Part shown: positions 8,118 through 17,002 of the stretch, piece after piece | How the letters are laid out: each line of letters starts with the position of its first letter | Position numbering within the stretch: position 1 is the first letter of the stretch | Source of the DNA: a virus | Lineage: Duplodnaviria; Caudoviricetes | IMG/VR virus record: IMGVR_UViG_3300030419_002074 | Span: 1-61,789 of that record | Direction: 5' to 3' (one strand) | DNA length: 61,789 nucleotides | Notes under the pieces: generated by a model | The model's input: the letters and a program-made list of their open reading frames with translations, nothing else | Database searches by the model: none | What the model was told of the DNA's origin: nothing | Made by a program: the position numbers and the translations under genes

Positions 8118-8402
8118 ATGGAGAAATCACACGTTTTAACAGCACTTAAATCTATATTCAACGATCCTCTTGAAGATGAATCCGCATGGAAAACTTACGC
8201 TAATTTTCTAGAACTTTTTATGCAGGAACATGAAGAAACCACAGATTATCTATGTAGGATAGTCGAGTTCAACAGAAGTCAAAGGCTAATGTTTAGAACT
8301 AGGTTTGCCGAGAGAGGATTTGAGTTGACTCCAAATCAGATGAACCAGTATATATTTTTATTAATGTTAGCCCTGAGTACATACAGCGAGCTATCTAGTT
8401 AA
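8118..8402 (+). CDS. hypothetical protein
   Basis: ORF from MEKSHV. Confidence 0.6.
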   Translation: MEKSHVLTALKSIFNDPLEDESAWKTYANFLELFMQEHEETTDYLCRIVEFNRSQRLMFRTRFAERGFELTPNQMNQYIFLLMLALSTYSELSS

Positions 8403-8422
8403 TTTTTTTTAGGAGATTTAGG

Positions 8423-8644
8423 ATGGAGAACGAATTTTCGGATCATGCGTTAGAGTCATTGAGATTGCGTGCGGAAACAGATAGGGCGGAAGCACTTACT
8501 AGTTTGAAGATTTTGTTAGATTACCCCGCTGGTATTGGCGACCATAGTACGGAAGATTTGAATAACAACTTAAATGAAGCTCTTTCAAAACTTGCAGATG
8601 CCGATGACAGGATAGAAACACTGAAAAAATATTTTTATGTATGA
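8423..8644 (+). CDS. small conserved phage protein
   Basis: AGGAG RBS; PAGIGDH motif. Confidence 0.7.
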   Translation: MENEFSDHALESLRLRAETDRAEALTSLKILLDYPAGIGDHSTEDLNNNLNEALSKLADADDRIETLKKYFYV

Positions 8645-8963
8645 GTATAAGGCTATAGTTGATCGAGTTGTTGATGGTGATACAGTAGATTTTATTGTAG
8701 ATCTAGGCTTCAGCGTTAAAATAAAGATACGTGGTAGACTTTCTGGTGTAGATACCCCAGAGAGGGGTCATGAAGACTGGGCTAAAGCTACCTCCGTCTG
8801 TAAGGATTTACTACAAAAGGTAGGTACTACTGACGAAATAACTGGTGACACTTCTCTTGTAATAAAAACTGGCAAGACCGGAAAATACGGTCGCTGGATT
8901 GTTGAGATACAGGGAGTTACAGACGAACTCGCTAAAATCTGGCCTTATAAGACAAGAGGATAA
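8637..8963 (+). CDS. thermonuclease (SNase-like)
   Basis: VDRVVDGDTVD, RLSGVDTPE, GKYGRW. Confidence 0.85.
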   Translation: MYEYKAIVDRVVDGDTVDFIVDLGFSVKIKIRGRLSGVDTPERGHEDWAKATSVCKDLLQKVGTTDEITGDTSLVIKTGKTGKYGRWIVEIQGVTDELAKIWPYKTRG

Positions 8964-8965
8964 CG

Positions 8966-9997
8966 ATGGGAAGACCTTGCATATGCTGTAAAGAGGAGCC
9001 ATCATCTTCAGATTCCTCAAGCCGATCCAGTGAACCTTCTGAATCGGTTTCTGCTTCCGAGTCCATTAGTAGTGAATCTGTTTCTAGTAGTAGCGAGTCT
9101 GCTTCTAGTAGTCGTTCTTCTAGTAAATCTGGTTCTTCTAGTGAATCTGCTTCTTCTAGTAGTGAATCTGTTTCTAGTAGTGCTTCTGCCTCTAGTAGTA
9201 GCCCATCGGAATCTGCTTCTAGTAGTGAATCTGTTTCCAGCAGCGAATCCGCTTCTAGTAGTGAATCTGTTTCCAGCAGCGAATCCGCTTCTAGTTCAGA
9301 ATCGGTTAGCGTATCAGGAAGCGTTAGCGTATCAGGAAGTACCGTATCAGGAAGTACCGGATCAGGCTCTTCGTTTAGTGCCTCGTTTTTCGCTTTTTCC
9401 GGATCTTCTTCTTCCGGAGCCTCTTCAGTAGACCCATCCTCAGACGTGTCTGTTTCCGCTTCCGTTAGTGTTGGATCTTCATCTACTGTGGTATTCAAAG
9501 ATTACTGTTGTCGTAGCACAGGCATTGAAGGTGCGGCCTGTGATTGGTCAAACGACTGGGAAGGAGGTCATGGATGTGTAACATTTGAAGGCGTGCTTGG
9601 GGGTAAATACGGATGTGAAACAGTAGTTTGCGGATACGTTGATGAACATACTTCCTGTACTGCAATTTTAAATTGTAGAACTTTAACACAAGAGGCGTGT
9701 AATAGGGAGTGCGATGCGGGCTGTGAGGGCATACCAACCGGCTTTTGTCTTCCCTGTCAGGAAGGTGGAGTCACTGTATGTTACGAGGTTGAAGAAGTAC
9801 TACCTACAGATTGTCGGGAAAACTGCAACTGTGAGGATACTGAAGGGTGTACATACGATTACGATGAAGGTACAGACAGCTATATTTTAGCATTTTCAAC
9901 ATGTCCAGACGGTTGCGATTGTGAAGGTCAGCTACCCAGCCCCTTTCCCCCCGGCGGTGGGCCAGCTAGAATTACTGGAAATTGTCTGGACGAATAA
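8966..9997 (+). CDS. Ser-repeat, Cys-rich protein (possible glycosylated virion/surface protein)
   Basis: N-terminal CICC, about 165-aa Ser-rich repeat tract, Cys-rich C-terminal half. Confidence 0.75.
   Translation: MGRPCICCKEEPSSSDSSSRSSEPSESVSASESISSESVSSSSESASSSRSSSKSGSSSESASSSSESVSSSASASSSSPSESASSSESVSSSESASSSESVSSSESASSSESVSVSGSVSVSGSTVSGSTGSGSSFSASFFAFSGSSSSGASSVDPSSDVSVSASVSVGSSSTVVFKDYCCRSTGIEGAACDWSNDWEGGHGCVTFEGVLGGKYGCETVVCGYVDEHTSCTAILNCRTLTQEACNRECDAGCEGIPTGFCLPCQEGGVTVCYEVEEVLPTDCRENCNCEDTEGCTYDYDEGTDSYILAFSTCPDGCDCEGQLPSPFPPGGGPARITGNCLDE
9215..9295 (+). repeat. 36-bp in-frame tandem repeat (x2.25) within a larger degenerate Ser-coding array (about 9000-9490)
   Basis: GCTTCTAGTAGTGAATCTGTTTCCAGCAGCGAATCC twice exactly; then GTTAGCGTATCAGGAAG x2. 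Confidence 0.9.
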
Positions 9998-10014
9998 TAC
10001 AGATAGGATAAGAT

Positions 10015-11379
10015 ATGAACATTATAGGCAACCCTAAAGCAAGTTGGAGCGACATAGATTGTCCATTTCTGGGCGATGACAAAAAATGTGAAGTCGCAAC
10101 GAGGATGGTCGGTGAAGATATAATAATAGACCATCCGTATCATTGTTCCGCTTGTACGGCTTCTAAAAACGCTAGATCAGAAGCGTGTCACTCGCTGAAT
10201 ATGTATATTGACCTAAAGGTCGGAAAAGAAAAATTAGAAAAAGCACAGCAAAAATTTAAAGTTCGTGAGAGACAGCTAGGTGAAGGTGTTGGCACTGAGG
10301 TTCATAGAATGATACCAGCTTGGCTAGAAAAGCCCGGATGTAAGTGCAAAGATATGGCTAGAAAGATGAATGTATGGGGCACTTCTGGTTGTGAAGTAAA
10401 CAGAGTGCAGATAACAAATCACTTACTTAGAAAGGCTAATGAGGTTGGATTTTTTAGCTGGGTTCCAGAAGCGGCTACGAAGATGGTAATAAATAGGATG
10501 TTAACATCAGCCATTAATAAGGTCAAAGCAAAGGAACAAAACAATCCAAATAAGTGGTACTGTGCGGTAACAACAGCACCAAGAAAAATTCCCACGCTAG
10601 ATACATGTTTAGAATCTCTTCAAATAGCGGGATGGGAGCCGTTTATATTTGCTGAACCTGATTCCGAGCGACCAAAATCCGATTTTGATGAGTTCTATCT
10701 TCCTCATGCAGAAAGAAAGGGTGTGTGGCATAACTGGCTTCACAGCTTAAGATACGGTATAGAAAATACAGATGCCAATATATTTCTGACAGTACAAGAT
10801 GATTCATTGTTTCATCCTGATTCAAAGGCGTTCGCAGAAAAGATTCTGTGGCCTTCTCAGGATGTTGGATTCATATCTTTATATACGCCAAAACACTACA
10901 GTATAAAACCTAAGTTCAAAACAAAAACTAGACCAAAGGGTGTTAATAGAATACATACTAAGTCTCTGTGGGGTGCTTGCGGCTTGGTGTGGCCTAGATC
11001 GGTGGTGGAGGCTATGCTTGAACATCCTTTTATTGCTCACAACCAATGGTACGGTGCTAAATTAAAGACCGCATCCGCTTGGGAGAAAATGATAGAAAAA
11101 AGAAAAAAAGAACCTTGGAGAATACAAAATAGTGATACAGCGATAGGTAAATTAATGGGGAGAATGAAAAGGACTATGTGGTTCTGCGATCCCTCTCCTG
11201 TTCAACATATTTCACTGACCTCAGCAACTGGTCATGGCGGCAATAAGGGAAGAAGAAACTGCGGAAGATGTGCGAGTTGGGACGAGAGCTTATTTGATCA
11301 AATACCAATAAGCGATCAAGGTAGAGAGTTTGATAAATTCTTTAATCACGATGATATTATTATTGACATTCCAGAATAA
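10015..11379 (+). CDS. Cys-rich N-terminal domains fused to a GT-A-like glycosyltransferase domain
   Basis: AVTTAPR, FLTVQDD (DxD-like), GFISLYTP, PSPVQHI. Confidence 0.6.
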   Translation: MNIIGNPKASWSDIDCPFLGDDKKCEVATRMVGEDIIIDHPYHCSACTASKNARSEACHSLNMYIDLKVGKEKLEKAQQKFKVRERQLGEGVGTEVHRMIPAWLEKPGCKCKDMARKMNVWGTSGCEVNRVQITNHLLRKANEVGFFSWVPEAATKMVINRMLTSAINKVKAKEQNNPNKWYCAVTTAPRKIPTLDTCLESLQIAGWEPFIFAEPDSERPKSDFDEFYLPHAERKGVWHNWLHSLRYGIENTDANIFLTVQDDSLFHPDSKAFAEKILWPSQDVGFISLYTPKHYSIKPKFKTKTRPKGVNRIHTKSLWGACGLVWPRSVVEAMLEHPFIAHNQWYGAKLKTASAWEKMIEKRKKEPWRIQNSDTAIGKLMGRMKRTMWFCDPSPVQHISLTSATGHGGNKGRRNCGRCASWDESLFDQIPISDQGREFDKFFNHDDIIIDIPE

Positions 11380-11390
11380 TAGAATATAAT
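11363..11390 (+). promoter_or_regulatory. sigma70-type promoter (possibly leaderless transcript)
   Basis: TTGACA-16nt-TATAAT abutting ATG 11391. Confidence 0.45.
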
Positions 11391-11588
11391 ATGGATTGCA
11401 ACTGTTGTCAGTGCAAAAAAGAAATGACCTTCAAGGAATCTTATCTTTGCAGAATATGCAATGAAAGATACTGTGATAAGTGTTCTTTAGATCATTTTGG
11501 TCTATATGAAGATGGTGACGAGGTAAAGTATAGAAACATTTTTGTGACTATGTTATGGTTAATCAGAAAAAGGATCTTTGGTAAATGA
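11391..11588 (+). CDS. small Zn-finger protein
   Basis: CCQC..CRIC..CDKC..H. Confidence 0.6.
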   Translation: MDCNCCQCKKEMTFKESYLCRICNERYCDKCSLDHFGLYEDGDEVKYRNIFVTMLWLIRKRIFGK

Positions 11589-12025
11589 GAGTGGGAATTA
11601 TATCAGGATATTTTAATCCAATACATACTGGGCATTTAGACTACATTGAAGGAGCTAGAAAGAAGTGCGATCTACTATATGTAATTGTCAACAATGACTA
11701 TCAAGTAGAACTAAAGGGGTCTGCCAAATTCATGTCAGAAGAATCAAGAGTTAGAATTGTCAGAGCCTTAGAATCTGTAGATCGTGCTATCGTCTCAGTG
11801 GACGACGATCCCACTGTAGTTAAATCAATAGCTAAAATATACAGTGAAAATAGAGACGACCCTTTTATTGATGGTTTTTATTTTATGAATGGTGGAGACA
11901 GGGGTGGTAACAACACTCCTGAAGCAAATTTTTGTGAGCTAAACAAGATAGAATTAATCTATAATGTTGGTGGAGAAAAAACAGAGTCTTCTAGTAATCT
12001 AATAGAGAGCGTTAAACAGATATAA
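11585..12025 (+). CDS. cytidylyl/adenylyltransferase (HIGH family)
   Basis: SGYFNPIHTGH, NGGDR, KTESSS. Confidence 0.88.
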   Translation: MRVGIISGYFNPIHTGHLDYIEGARKKCDLLYVIVNNDYQVELKGSAKFMSEESRVRIVRALESVDRAIVSVDDDPTVVKSIAKIYSENRDDPFIDGFYFMNGGDRGGNNTPEANFCELNKIELIYNVGGEKTESSSNLIESVKQI

Positions 12026-12026
12026 A

Positions 12027-12728
12027 TTGACACAATATTTATTTGATGTGGATGGGACATTAACAAATGCTAGAGAGTCCATCTCGAAGGAAATGGATTC
12101 ATTCTTTGGCGAGTGGGTTGTGTCTAAACAAAGAAATGGTGACGAAGTATTTTTAGTAACTGGATCAGATAGAGAAAAGACTATTGATCAAATAGGTAAG
12201 CCGTTATACAGGCTTATGAATGGTGTTTATCAAAATTGCGGAAATCAATTCTTCCATAGAAATTCTTTAATATATGAATCTAAGTGGATGATCTCAGCAC
12301 ACCTGAGACTTGATCTTCTTATACTAGCAGAGAAAAGTCCTTGGTTTGGAAAAGCAAAAGAAAATATAGAAGAACGTATAGGAATGGCTAACTTTTCTAC
12401 AATAGGCAGAACGGCAACCAAGCAACAAAGAAGTGCCTACTCCTTATGGGATGAGGCTGTGGGAGAACGGCAGAAAAACGCTCAATGGCTTTCTTTAAGA
12501 TACCCAAAGCTCCAGTTTGATGTCGGGGGAGAAATAAGTACTGACATTTATCCAAAAGGAAAAGACAAAAGTCAAGTACTAAAATTTATGAATCACGATA
12601 CTATCTTCTTTGGAGACAAGTGTAACGAAGGTGAAAACGACTATTCGATAGCACAAAAGTCGGATAAGTTTCACCATGTACACGGCTGGAAGAATACAAT
12701 GTTTATTATAAAGAGTTATTATGGCTAG
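12027..12728 (+). CDS. HAD-IIB phosphomannomutase-like protein
   Basis: FDVDGTLT, VTGSD, IEER.GM.NFS.IGR, FFGDK...GENDY. Confidence 0.85.
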   Translation: MTQYLFDVDGTLTNARESISKEMDSFFGEWVVSKQRNGDEVFLVTGSDREKTIDQIGKPLYRLMNGVYQNCGNQFFHRNSLIYESKWMISAHLRLDLLILAEKSPWFGKAKENIEERIGMANFSTIGRTATKQQRSAYSLWDEAVGERQKNAQWLSLRYPKLQFDVGGEISTDIYPKGKDKSQVLKFMNHDTIFFGDKCNEGENDYSIAQKSDKFHHVHGWKNTMFIIKSYYG

Positions 12729-12888
12729 TTTTTGTTATGAATGTACTGAAGAACTTTTCGGTGAAGAACATGCGGACAGTAATGAGTTTGCGGGAATTGT
12801 CAGACCAGATGAAAAATATTTTTGTCTGTGTGAAGGGTGCGGTTGGATAACCGTAGATAAAGACGGTAAAAGAATAGAAGAGGAGTAG
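12721..12888 (+). CDS. small Zn-binding protein
   Basis: MASFCYEC...LCEGCGW, 55 aa. Confidence 0.6.
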   Translation: MASFCYECTEELFGEEHADSNEFAGIVRPDEKYFCLCEGCGWITVDKDGKRIEEE

Positions 12889-12890
12889 CC

Positions 12891-13436
12891 ATGTTTAAGC
12901 ATGTTAAAGTAATAGTAGCCCCAACGGATTGGGACTGTATTTTCATGCAAGAGGCAACACTTTGGTCTAGAAGAAGTCATGATTCACAAACGCAATGCGG
13001 ATGTGTAATTGTTAAAGATAAAACAGTGATATCAACTGGCTATAATGGCTTTATAAGAGGTATAGATGACTCAGATCTTCCTAAAACCAGACCAGAAAAA
13101 TACCCCTTCATGATCCATGCGGAAGCTAATGCAATATATAACTCTGTAAGAATTGGGAGATCCACATTAGGTGCGTCAGTATATATAACCGCACCTCCAT
13201 GTATAAATTGCCTACAGATGCTCTATCAGTGTGGAATTAAAGAGGTTATTTTTTCTGATGTTTCTAATCCTAAGATGTGCATTTACAACGATGACTACGC
13301 TACAATACTAAAGAAGATGGGGGACAAAATTGATATCAAATATCTTCCCGTTTCAAACGTAGACAATAAAAACATATCTGAAACTTTTGAGATTTTTACA
13401 AAAAAAAATAAAGAACGTGTTGACAAACGACGATAG
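12891..13436 (+). CDS. dCMP deaminase
   Basis: TGYNG, HAEANAI, PCINC Zn motif. Confidence 0.9.
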   Translation: MFKHVKVIVAPTDWDCIFMQEATLWSRRSHDSQTQCGCVIVKDKTVISTGYNGFIRGIDDSDLPKTRPEKYPFMIHAEANAIYNSVRIGRSTLGASVYITAPPCINCLQMLYQCGIKEVIFSDVSNPKMCIYNDDYATILKKMGDKIDIKYLPVSNVDNKNISETFEIFTKKNKERVDKRR

Positions 13437-13448
13437 ACAGTGTATAAT
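13420..13448 (+). promoter_or_regulatory. sigma70-type promoter
   Basis: TTGACAAACGACGATA...TGTATAAT, 17-nt spacer; first 16 nt identical to the promoter at 1091. Confidence 0.8.
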
Positions 13449-13484
13449 AGTGGTAACGAGCAACCGACCAACCAAGCGAGGAGA

Positions 13485-13907
13485 ATGAAGATGGCGAAAA
13501 AGAAAAGAGGACAACCACTAAAGTCATGTCCAGAGTGCGATGCACAATGTCACGCAAGATTGGCAACATGCAAGAAGTGTGGCTTTGTCTTCTATAAGAA
13601 GAAGAAAAAGTTTATTGAAGATTGGAAAGAAGAATTAAAACCGGGAGACCATGTAAGAGTTGTCGGCAGATCTGGCACCTATTACATCAAAGAAAGTGGT
13701 GAAAAAGTATACTTCACAAATCCCGGAGTTTACCTAGTAAAACATATTCGTGATGATGGTATTGTAGCTATTGGAACAGGAAGAATATGTCATGGATACG
13801 AGTTCCTTTACATGGGTAAGGAAAAGCAGTCGTCTATGTTGGACAGTATGTATAACAGTCCACATAAATTAATCGGTGTTTCTTTAAAAAGAAAAGGAGA
13901 GTCTTAA
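13485..13907 (+). CDS. Zn-ribbon protein
   Basis: CPEC..CKKC; GAGGAG RBS. Confidence 0.7.
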   Translation: MKMAKKKRGQPLKSCPECDAQCHARLATCKKCGFVFYKKKKKFIEDWKEELKPGDHVRVVGRSGTYYIKESGEKVYFTNPGVYLVKHIRDDGIVAIGTGRICHGYEFLYMGKEKQSSMLDSMYNSPHKLIGVSLKRKGES

Positions 13908-14119
13908 TGACTACTAATTGGACTTCGATTCTTAGCAATCGAAAAAACAGAAGTGCGGTTACTAATTTTGCCAATGGCAATATGACAGGCCGTGAATTTT
14001 ATGCAACTTTTGCAAACACTTCCCTTGGGGGTCATGTTCGTAATTTGTTGAGAACTTATGGCGTTGATCGGGCACGTAAATTGGCTCGCAAAGCTTTGAA
14101 TCGTAGAGAGTTTGCTTAA
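13907..14119 (+). CDS. small basic hypothetical protein
   Basis: AGGAG RBS, 70 aa. Confidence 0.65.
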   Translation: MTTNWTSILSNRKNRSAVTNFANGNMTGREFYATFANTSLGGHVRNLLRTYGVDRARKLARKALNRREFA

Positions 14120-14139
14120 CTTTAAGGAGGTTTAGAAAT

Positions 14140-14493
14140 ATGTTGAACAATCGTGTAATTCTTAAGGGTAATTTGACAAGAGACCCAGAATACAAAACCG
14201 TTTCCGAAAAGGAGCTGGTTACTTTTAGAGTTGCAGTTAATGAGTCCATTGGAAATGGACGAGAAGAAACTGTTTATCTTGATGTTGATGGCTGGGGTAG
14301 CCACGCTGCCTACGCTCAGAACGTAACACTTAGCAAGGGTGATCGTGTTATTGTTGACGGAAGGCTTCGTCAACGAAACTGGGAAGACAAGAACGGGGTG
14401 TCACGCACTTCGTACAGTGTGTTGCCCAGCACGTTTTCCAAGGTTGTTAAGCCTACACGTAAAGAGTCTGTAGAAGCTACAGAAACGTTCTAG
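14140..14493 (+). CDS. ssb: single-stranded DNA-binding protein
   Basis: NRVILKGNLTRDPE, KGDRVIVDGRLRQRNWEDK. Confidence 0.92.
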   Translation: MLNNRVILKGNLTRDPEYKTVSEKELVTFRVAVNESIGNGREETVYLDVDGWGSHAAYAQNVTLSKGDRVIVDGRLRQRNWEDKNGVSRTSYSVLPSTFSKVVKPTRKESVEATETF

Positions 14494-14502
14494 CCATTAG
14501 GA

Positions 14503-14543
14503 GGAGTGCCGGTTAGATCTCATCTAGCCGGTATCCCCTTTTT
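14503..14543 (+). terminator. Rho-independent terminator
   Basis: GTGCCGGTTAGAT/ATCTAGCCGGTAT stem plus T tract. Confidence 0.75.
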
Positions 14544-14546
14544 ATT

Positions 14547-14735
14547 ATGAAAAACATAGCATCAGTAAAACTACAGATCAATGACCTAGATCATAGAATA
14601 GATATTCTACATGAAAGGTCATACAATCCAGACATAAGCACTTCTGAGTTAAAAGAAATCAACAAAAGAAAAAAGAAGCTGCAAAAAAATAGACAAAAAT
14701 TGGTGAAAAAGGTTGAGCAATACTACTCAAACTAA
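14547..14735 (+). CDS. small coiled-coil protein
   Basis: 62-aa ORF. Confidence 0.5.
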   Translation: MKNIASVKLQINDLDHRIDILHERSYNPDISTSELKEINKRKKKLQKNRQKLVKKVEQYYSN

Positions 14736-14761
14736 CACTATAATGTAATGAAAATAAACGA

Positions 14762-14942
14762 TTAGATTGGGATAGCTTCCTAGTCTAAGGAAGGTGACTG
14801 AATAATCTAGGACGTAAGCTAGATAAGGTATCCAAATCTTGAGGAAGGGGCAACTGCCTGACCAGAGAGATAGGAGTACAAGGACATTTGAACTACTTAC
14901 GGTAGTTCCGAGTTGTGGGTAAAAAGTAAATCCCACCCTTCC
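14762..14942 (+). ncRNA. large structured RNA upstream of Hsp20, possibly manA-motif-like
   Basis: hairpin 14762-14788; closing stem GGAAGG/CCTTCC; internal ATCTAG/CTAGAT, GAACTAC/GTAGTTC, GTGGG/CCCAC. Confidence 0.55.
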
Positions 14943-15004
14943 ATTTTTATACAGACTGTGCCTAATGTTGGGCAGTCAAAACTCGCTTTAACTAGGAGAA
15001 AATT

Positions 15005-15421
15005 ATGAACGCTTTAATGACTAAACATGACGAACTTTTTAGAGACCTGTTTTCCAATTCAATAGGAATGAACAGGCTTTTCAATAGACTGGCAAATGCT
15101 GAACAGTCTAATTTTCCACCTTACAATATCGTCCATGATAGCGGTAGCATTTTTGTTGAACTGGCCTTAGCTGGATACAACAGAGATGATATTGAGGTTA
15201 TTGTAGAAGATGGGGTGCTTTCAATAGAGGGCAACAATAACTCTGACCGTGATGGTGACTTTCATCATAAAGGAATTGCATCACGCCGCTTTAAAAGAAA
15301 TTTCAGCCTCGGTGAATACATTGAGGTTAAATCAGCTGAATTAAAAGACGGTCTTCTTACTATCGCACTTGAGGAGGTTCTTCCCCCCGAGAAACAGCCA
15401 ACAGTGATTGATATCAAGTGA
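15005..15421 (+). CDS. small heat shock protein Hsp20 (IbpA-like)
   Basis: NFPPYNI, ELALAG, HKGIASRRFKRNF, LKDGLLTI. Confidence 0.93.
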   Translation: MNALMTKHDELFRDLFSNSIGMNRLFNRLANAEQSNFPPYNIVHDSGSIFVELALAGYNRDDIEVIVEDGVLSIEGNNNSDRDGDFHHKGIASRRFKRNFSLGEYIEVKSAELKDGLLTIALEEVLPPEKQPTVIDIK

Positions 15422-15594
15422 TAAAGTTTTTAGATACGCTGATTTTTGTAATGCCCTCACTTGTGGGGGCATTATATTTTATAGTCGGGCTATGTTACAT
15501 TGCTAAGAAAGATTACGCTTGGGCTTTGATTTGGATATCCTATGCCCTTGCTAATGTCGGACTCGTACTAATCGGATTGAGAGGAGAAGAATGA
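15418..15594 (+). CDS. small two-TM membrane protein
   Basis: GTG start overlapping Hsp20 stop; ...YALANVGL. Confidence 0.5.
   Translation: MIKFLDTLIFVMPSLVGALYFIVGLCYIAKKDYAWALIWISYALANVGLVLIGLRGEE
15449..15480 (+). terminator. hairpin/terminator after Hsp20
   Basis: TAATGCCCTCAC/GTGGGGGCATTA inverted repeat. Confidence 0.55.
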
Positions 15595-15824
15595 AAAAAC
15601 CAAACCGCAAGAAACAACAAAACGATTTAGCCAGAGGAAAAAAGAAAGCAGCTAAGGAGCTAGCCAAGAAAAGACGAAGAAAGCTAAAGAAACAGGCCAG
15701 ACTTGCCGAAAATATAGAAGAGAGAAAAGCCGAAAAAGAGACATTCAAGCTAGAGGAAGAAGTCAGAAAAATACAAAATAAGGGTTTAACAATCAGAAAA
15801 CCCAAAGAAGAACTTGACAAATAG
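15591..15824 (+). CDS. basic coiled-coil protein
   Basis: GAGGAG RBS, K/R-rich 77 aa. Confidence 0.6.
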   Translation: MKKPNRKKQQNDLARGKKKAAKELAKKRRRKLKKQARLAENIEERKAEKETFKLEEEVRKIQNKGLTIRKPKEELDK

Positions 15825-15841
15825 AAAAGTTAGTGTATAAT
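15814..15841 (+). promoter_or_regulatory. sigma70-type promoter
   Basis: TTGACA-16nt-TATAAT with TG extension. Confidence 0.65.
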
Positions 15842-15866
15842 GAAGCGTGTTTAAAGGAGATTTGAG

Positions 15867-16292
15867 ATGACCGAAAATATTGGATATAACGAAAGCACTT
15901 TTGGATTACTGCTTTTTTGTTTGATTTTATTGCCTATAGCAGCAGCTTTCTTAGCACCCCTCGTTGGGGGTATGATAGTTTTGTGGATTACTGTATGGCA
16001 ATCCTCGTTAGAATTAATAGACCATCTTAAAAAACCTAAAATCGTTACGAAAAGTGTTTATGTAGATAGGCCCGTTACAGTATATAAGACCATAAAAGAA
16101 AAGATTACGGAACCACAAAAAGAAAAGAATACCAAGCCAAAAGTTCCAGACTTTATTGAGGAGACTATTGGGGGCTTACACAGCTTAGGGCTGAAAAAGA
16201 GTCAGGCAAAAAAGATTGTTGCGAAAGTATATGACGCAAATATACATTCCAATACTGAATCTCTACTGAAAGACTGCCTATCTCATCTGTAA
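15867..16292 (+). CDS. membrane protein with RuvA C-terminal-like domain
   Basis: N-terminal TM region; C-terminal IEETIGGLHSLGLKKSQAKKIVAKV...LLKDCL. Confidence 0.6.
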   Translation: MTENIGYNESTFGLLLFCLILLPIAAAFLAPLVGGMIVLWITVWQSSLELIDHLKKPKIVTKSVYVDRPVTVYKTIKEKITEPQKEKNTKPKVPDFIEETIGGLHSLGLKKSQAKKIVAKVYDANIHSNTESLLKDCLSHL

Positions 16293-16329
16293 TTGTGTAT
16301 AATTCTATGGTTTTTATCGGAGTTGTACA

Positions 16330-16992
16330 ATGGATTCAAATAAAGTTCTGCAAGAGTTTGCTAATAGAATAGATGATATTAAGTACACTGACAGTCCTAA
16401 GCAGGTCAAAGTCAGTGACGATATCACTATTGGCTGGAGGAACGTGCTACCGGAACCCCAATCAAATACTTCAGAACGGACACGTAAAGAGCTTGAATAT
16501 CTATCTAAATTAACAAAAGACCTAAATATTAAGCAAAAAAACTTAATTCAGATAGCTGATAAAGAACCCCTAGATCTTTTTACCGACATTCTCAAAAAGA
16601 ATAACTTAGATTTTGACAGGTCTGATTTTGACAAGATCTGGAAGATATCCGAACCGGTAATAATGAATTTGAAATATCAATACAATAGACCACGACCTGA
16701 ACAGCTGGCACCGTTTTTTGGAATAAATATAAATGTTACCAAGACCTCATCCCATCAAACACCCGCGTATCCTTCTGGTCACACTGCTTACGCTGCTTTT
16801 GCTGCTTATCTTCTCTCAGATATGTATCCTGCCTTTAGCCATCAATTCTTTTCTCAAATTGGTATTGTTGGATACGCTCGCTGTCTGCAAGGTGTTCATT
16901 ATCCTAGCGACAATGAAGCTTCTATGATTATTTCAGGAGCCATTTGGGAAGATATTAGATATAAACTTTTTCCCAACTTGCAATCATATTAA
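16330..16992 (+). CDS. PAP2 / vanadium-haloperoxidase-superfamily phosphatase
   Basis: KYQYNRPRP, PAYPSGH, RCLQGVHYPSD. Confidence 0.88.
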   Translation: MDSNKVLQEFANRIDDIKYTDSPKQVKVSDDITIGWRNVLPEPQSNTSERTRKELEYLSKLTKDLNIKQKNLIQIADKEPLDLFTDILKKNNLDFDRSDFDKIWKISEPVIMNLKYQYNRPRPEQLAPFFGININVTKTSSHQTPAYPSGHTAYAAFAAYLLSDMYPAFSHQFFSQIGIVGYARCLQGVHYPSDNEASMIISGAIWEDIRYKLFPNLQSY

Positions 16993-17002
16993 GGAGCTTC
17001 AA

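Noticed and set aside
9000-9490. Repeat array considered as a CRISPR array
   Set aside because: Repeats are contiguous, in-frame and degenerate, with no unique spacers
8932-9498. 188-aa minus-strand ORF with LLEADS repeats
   Set aside because: Antisense shadow of the Ser-repeat coding tract; all credible genes are on the + strand
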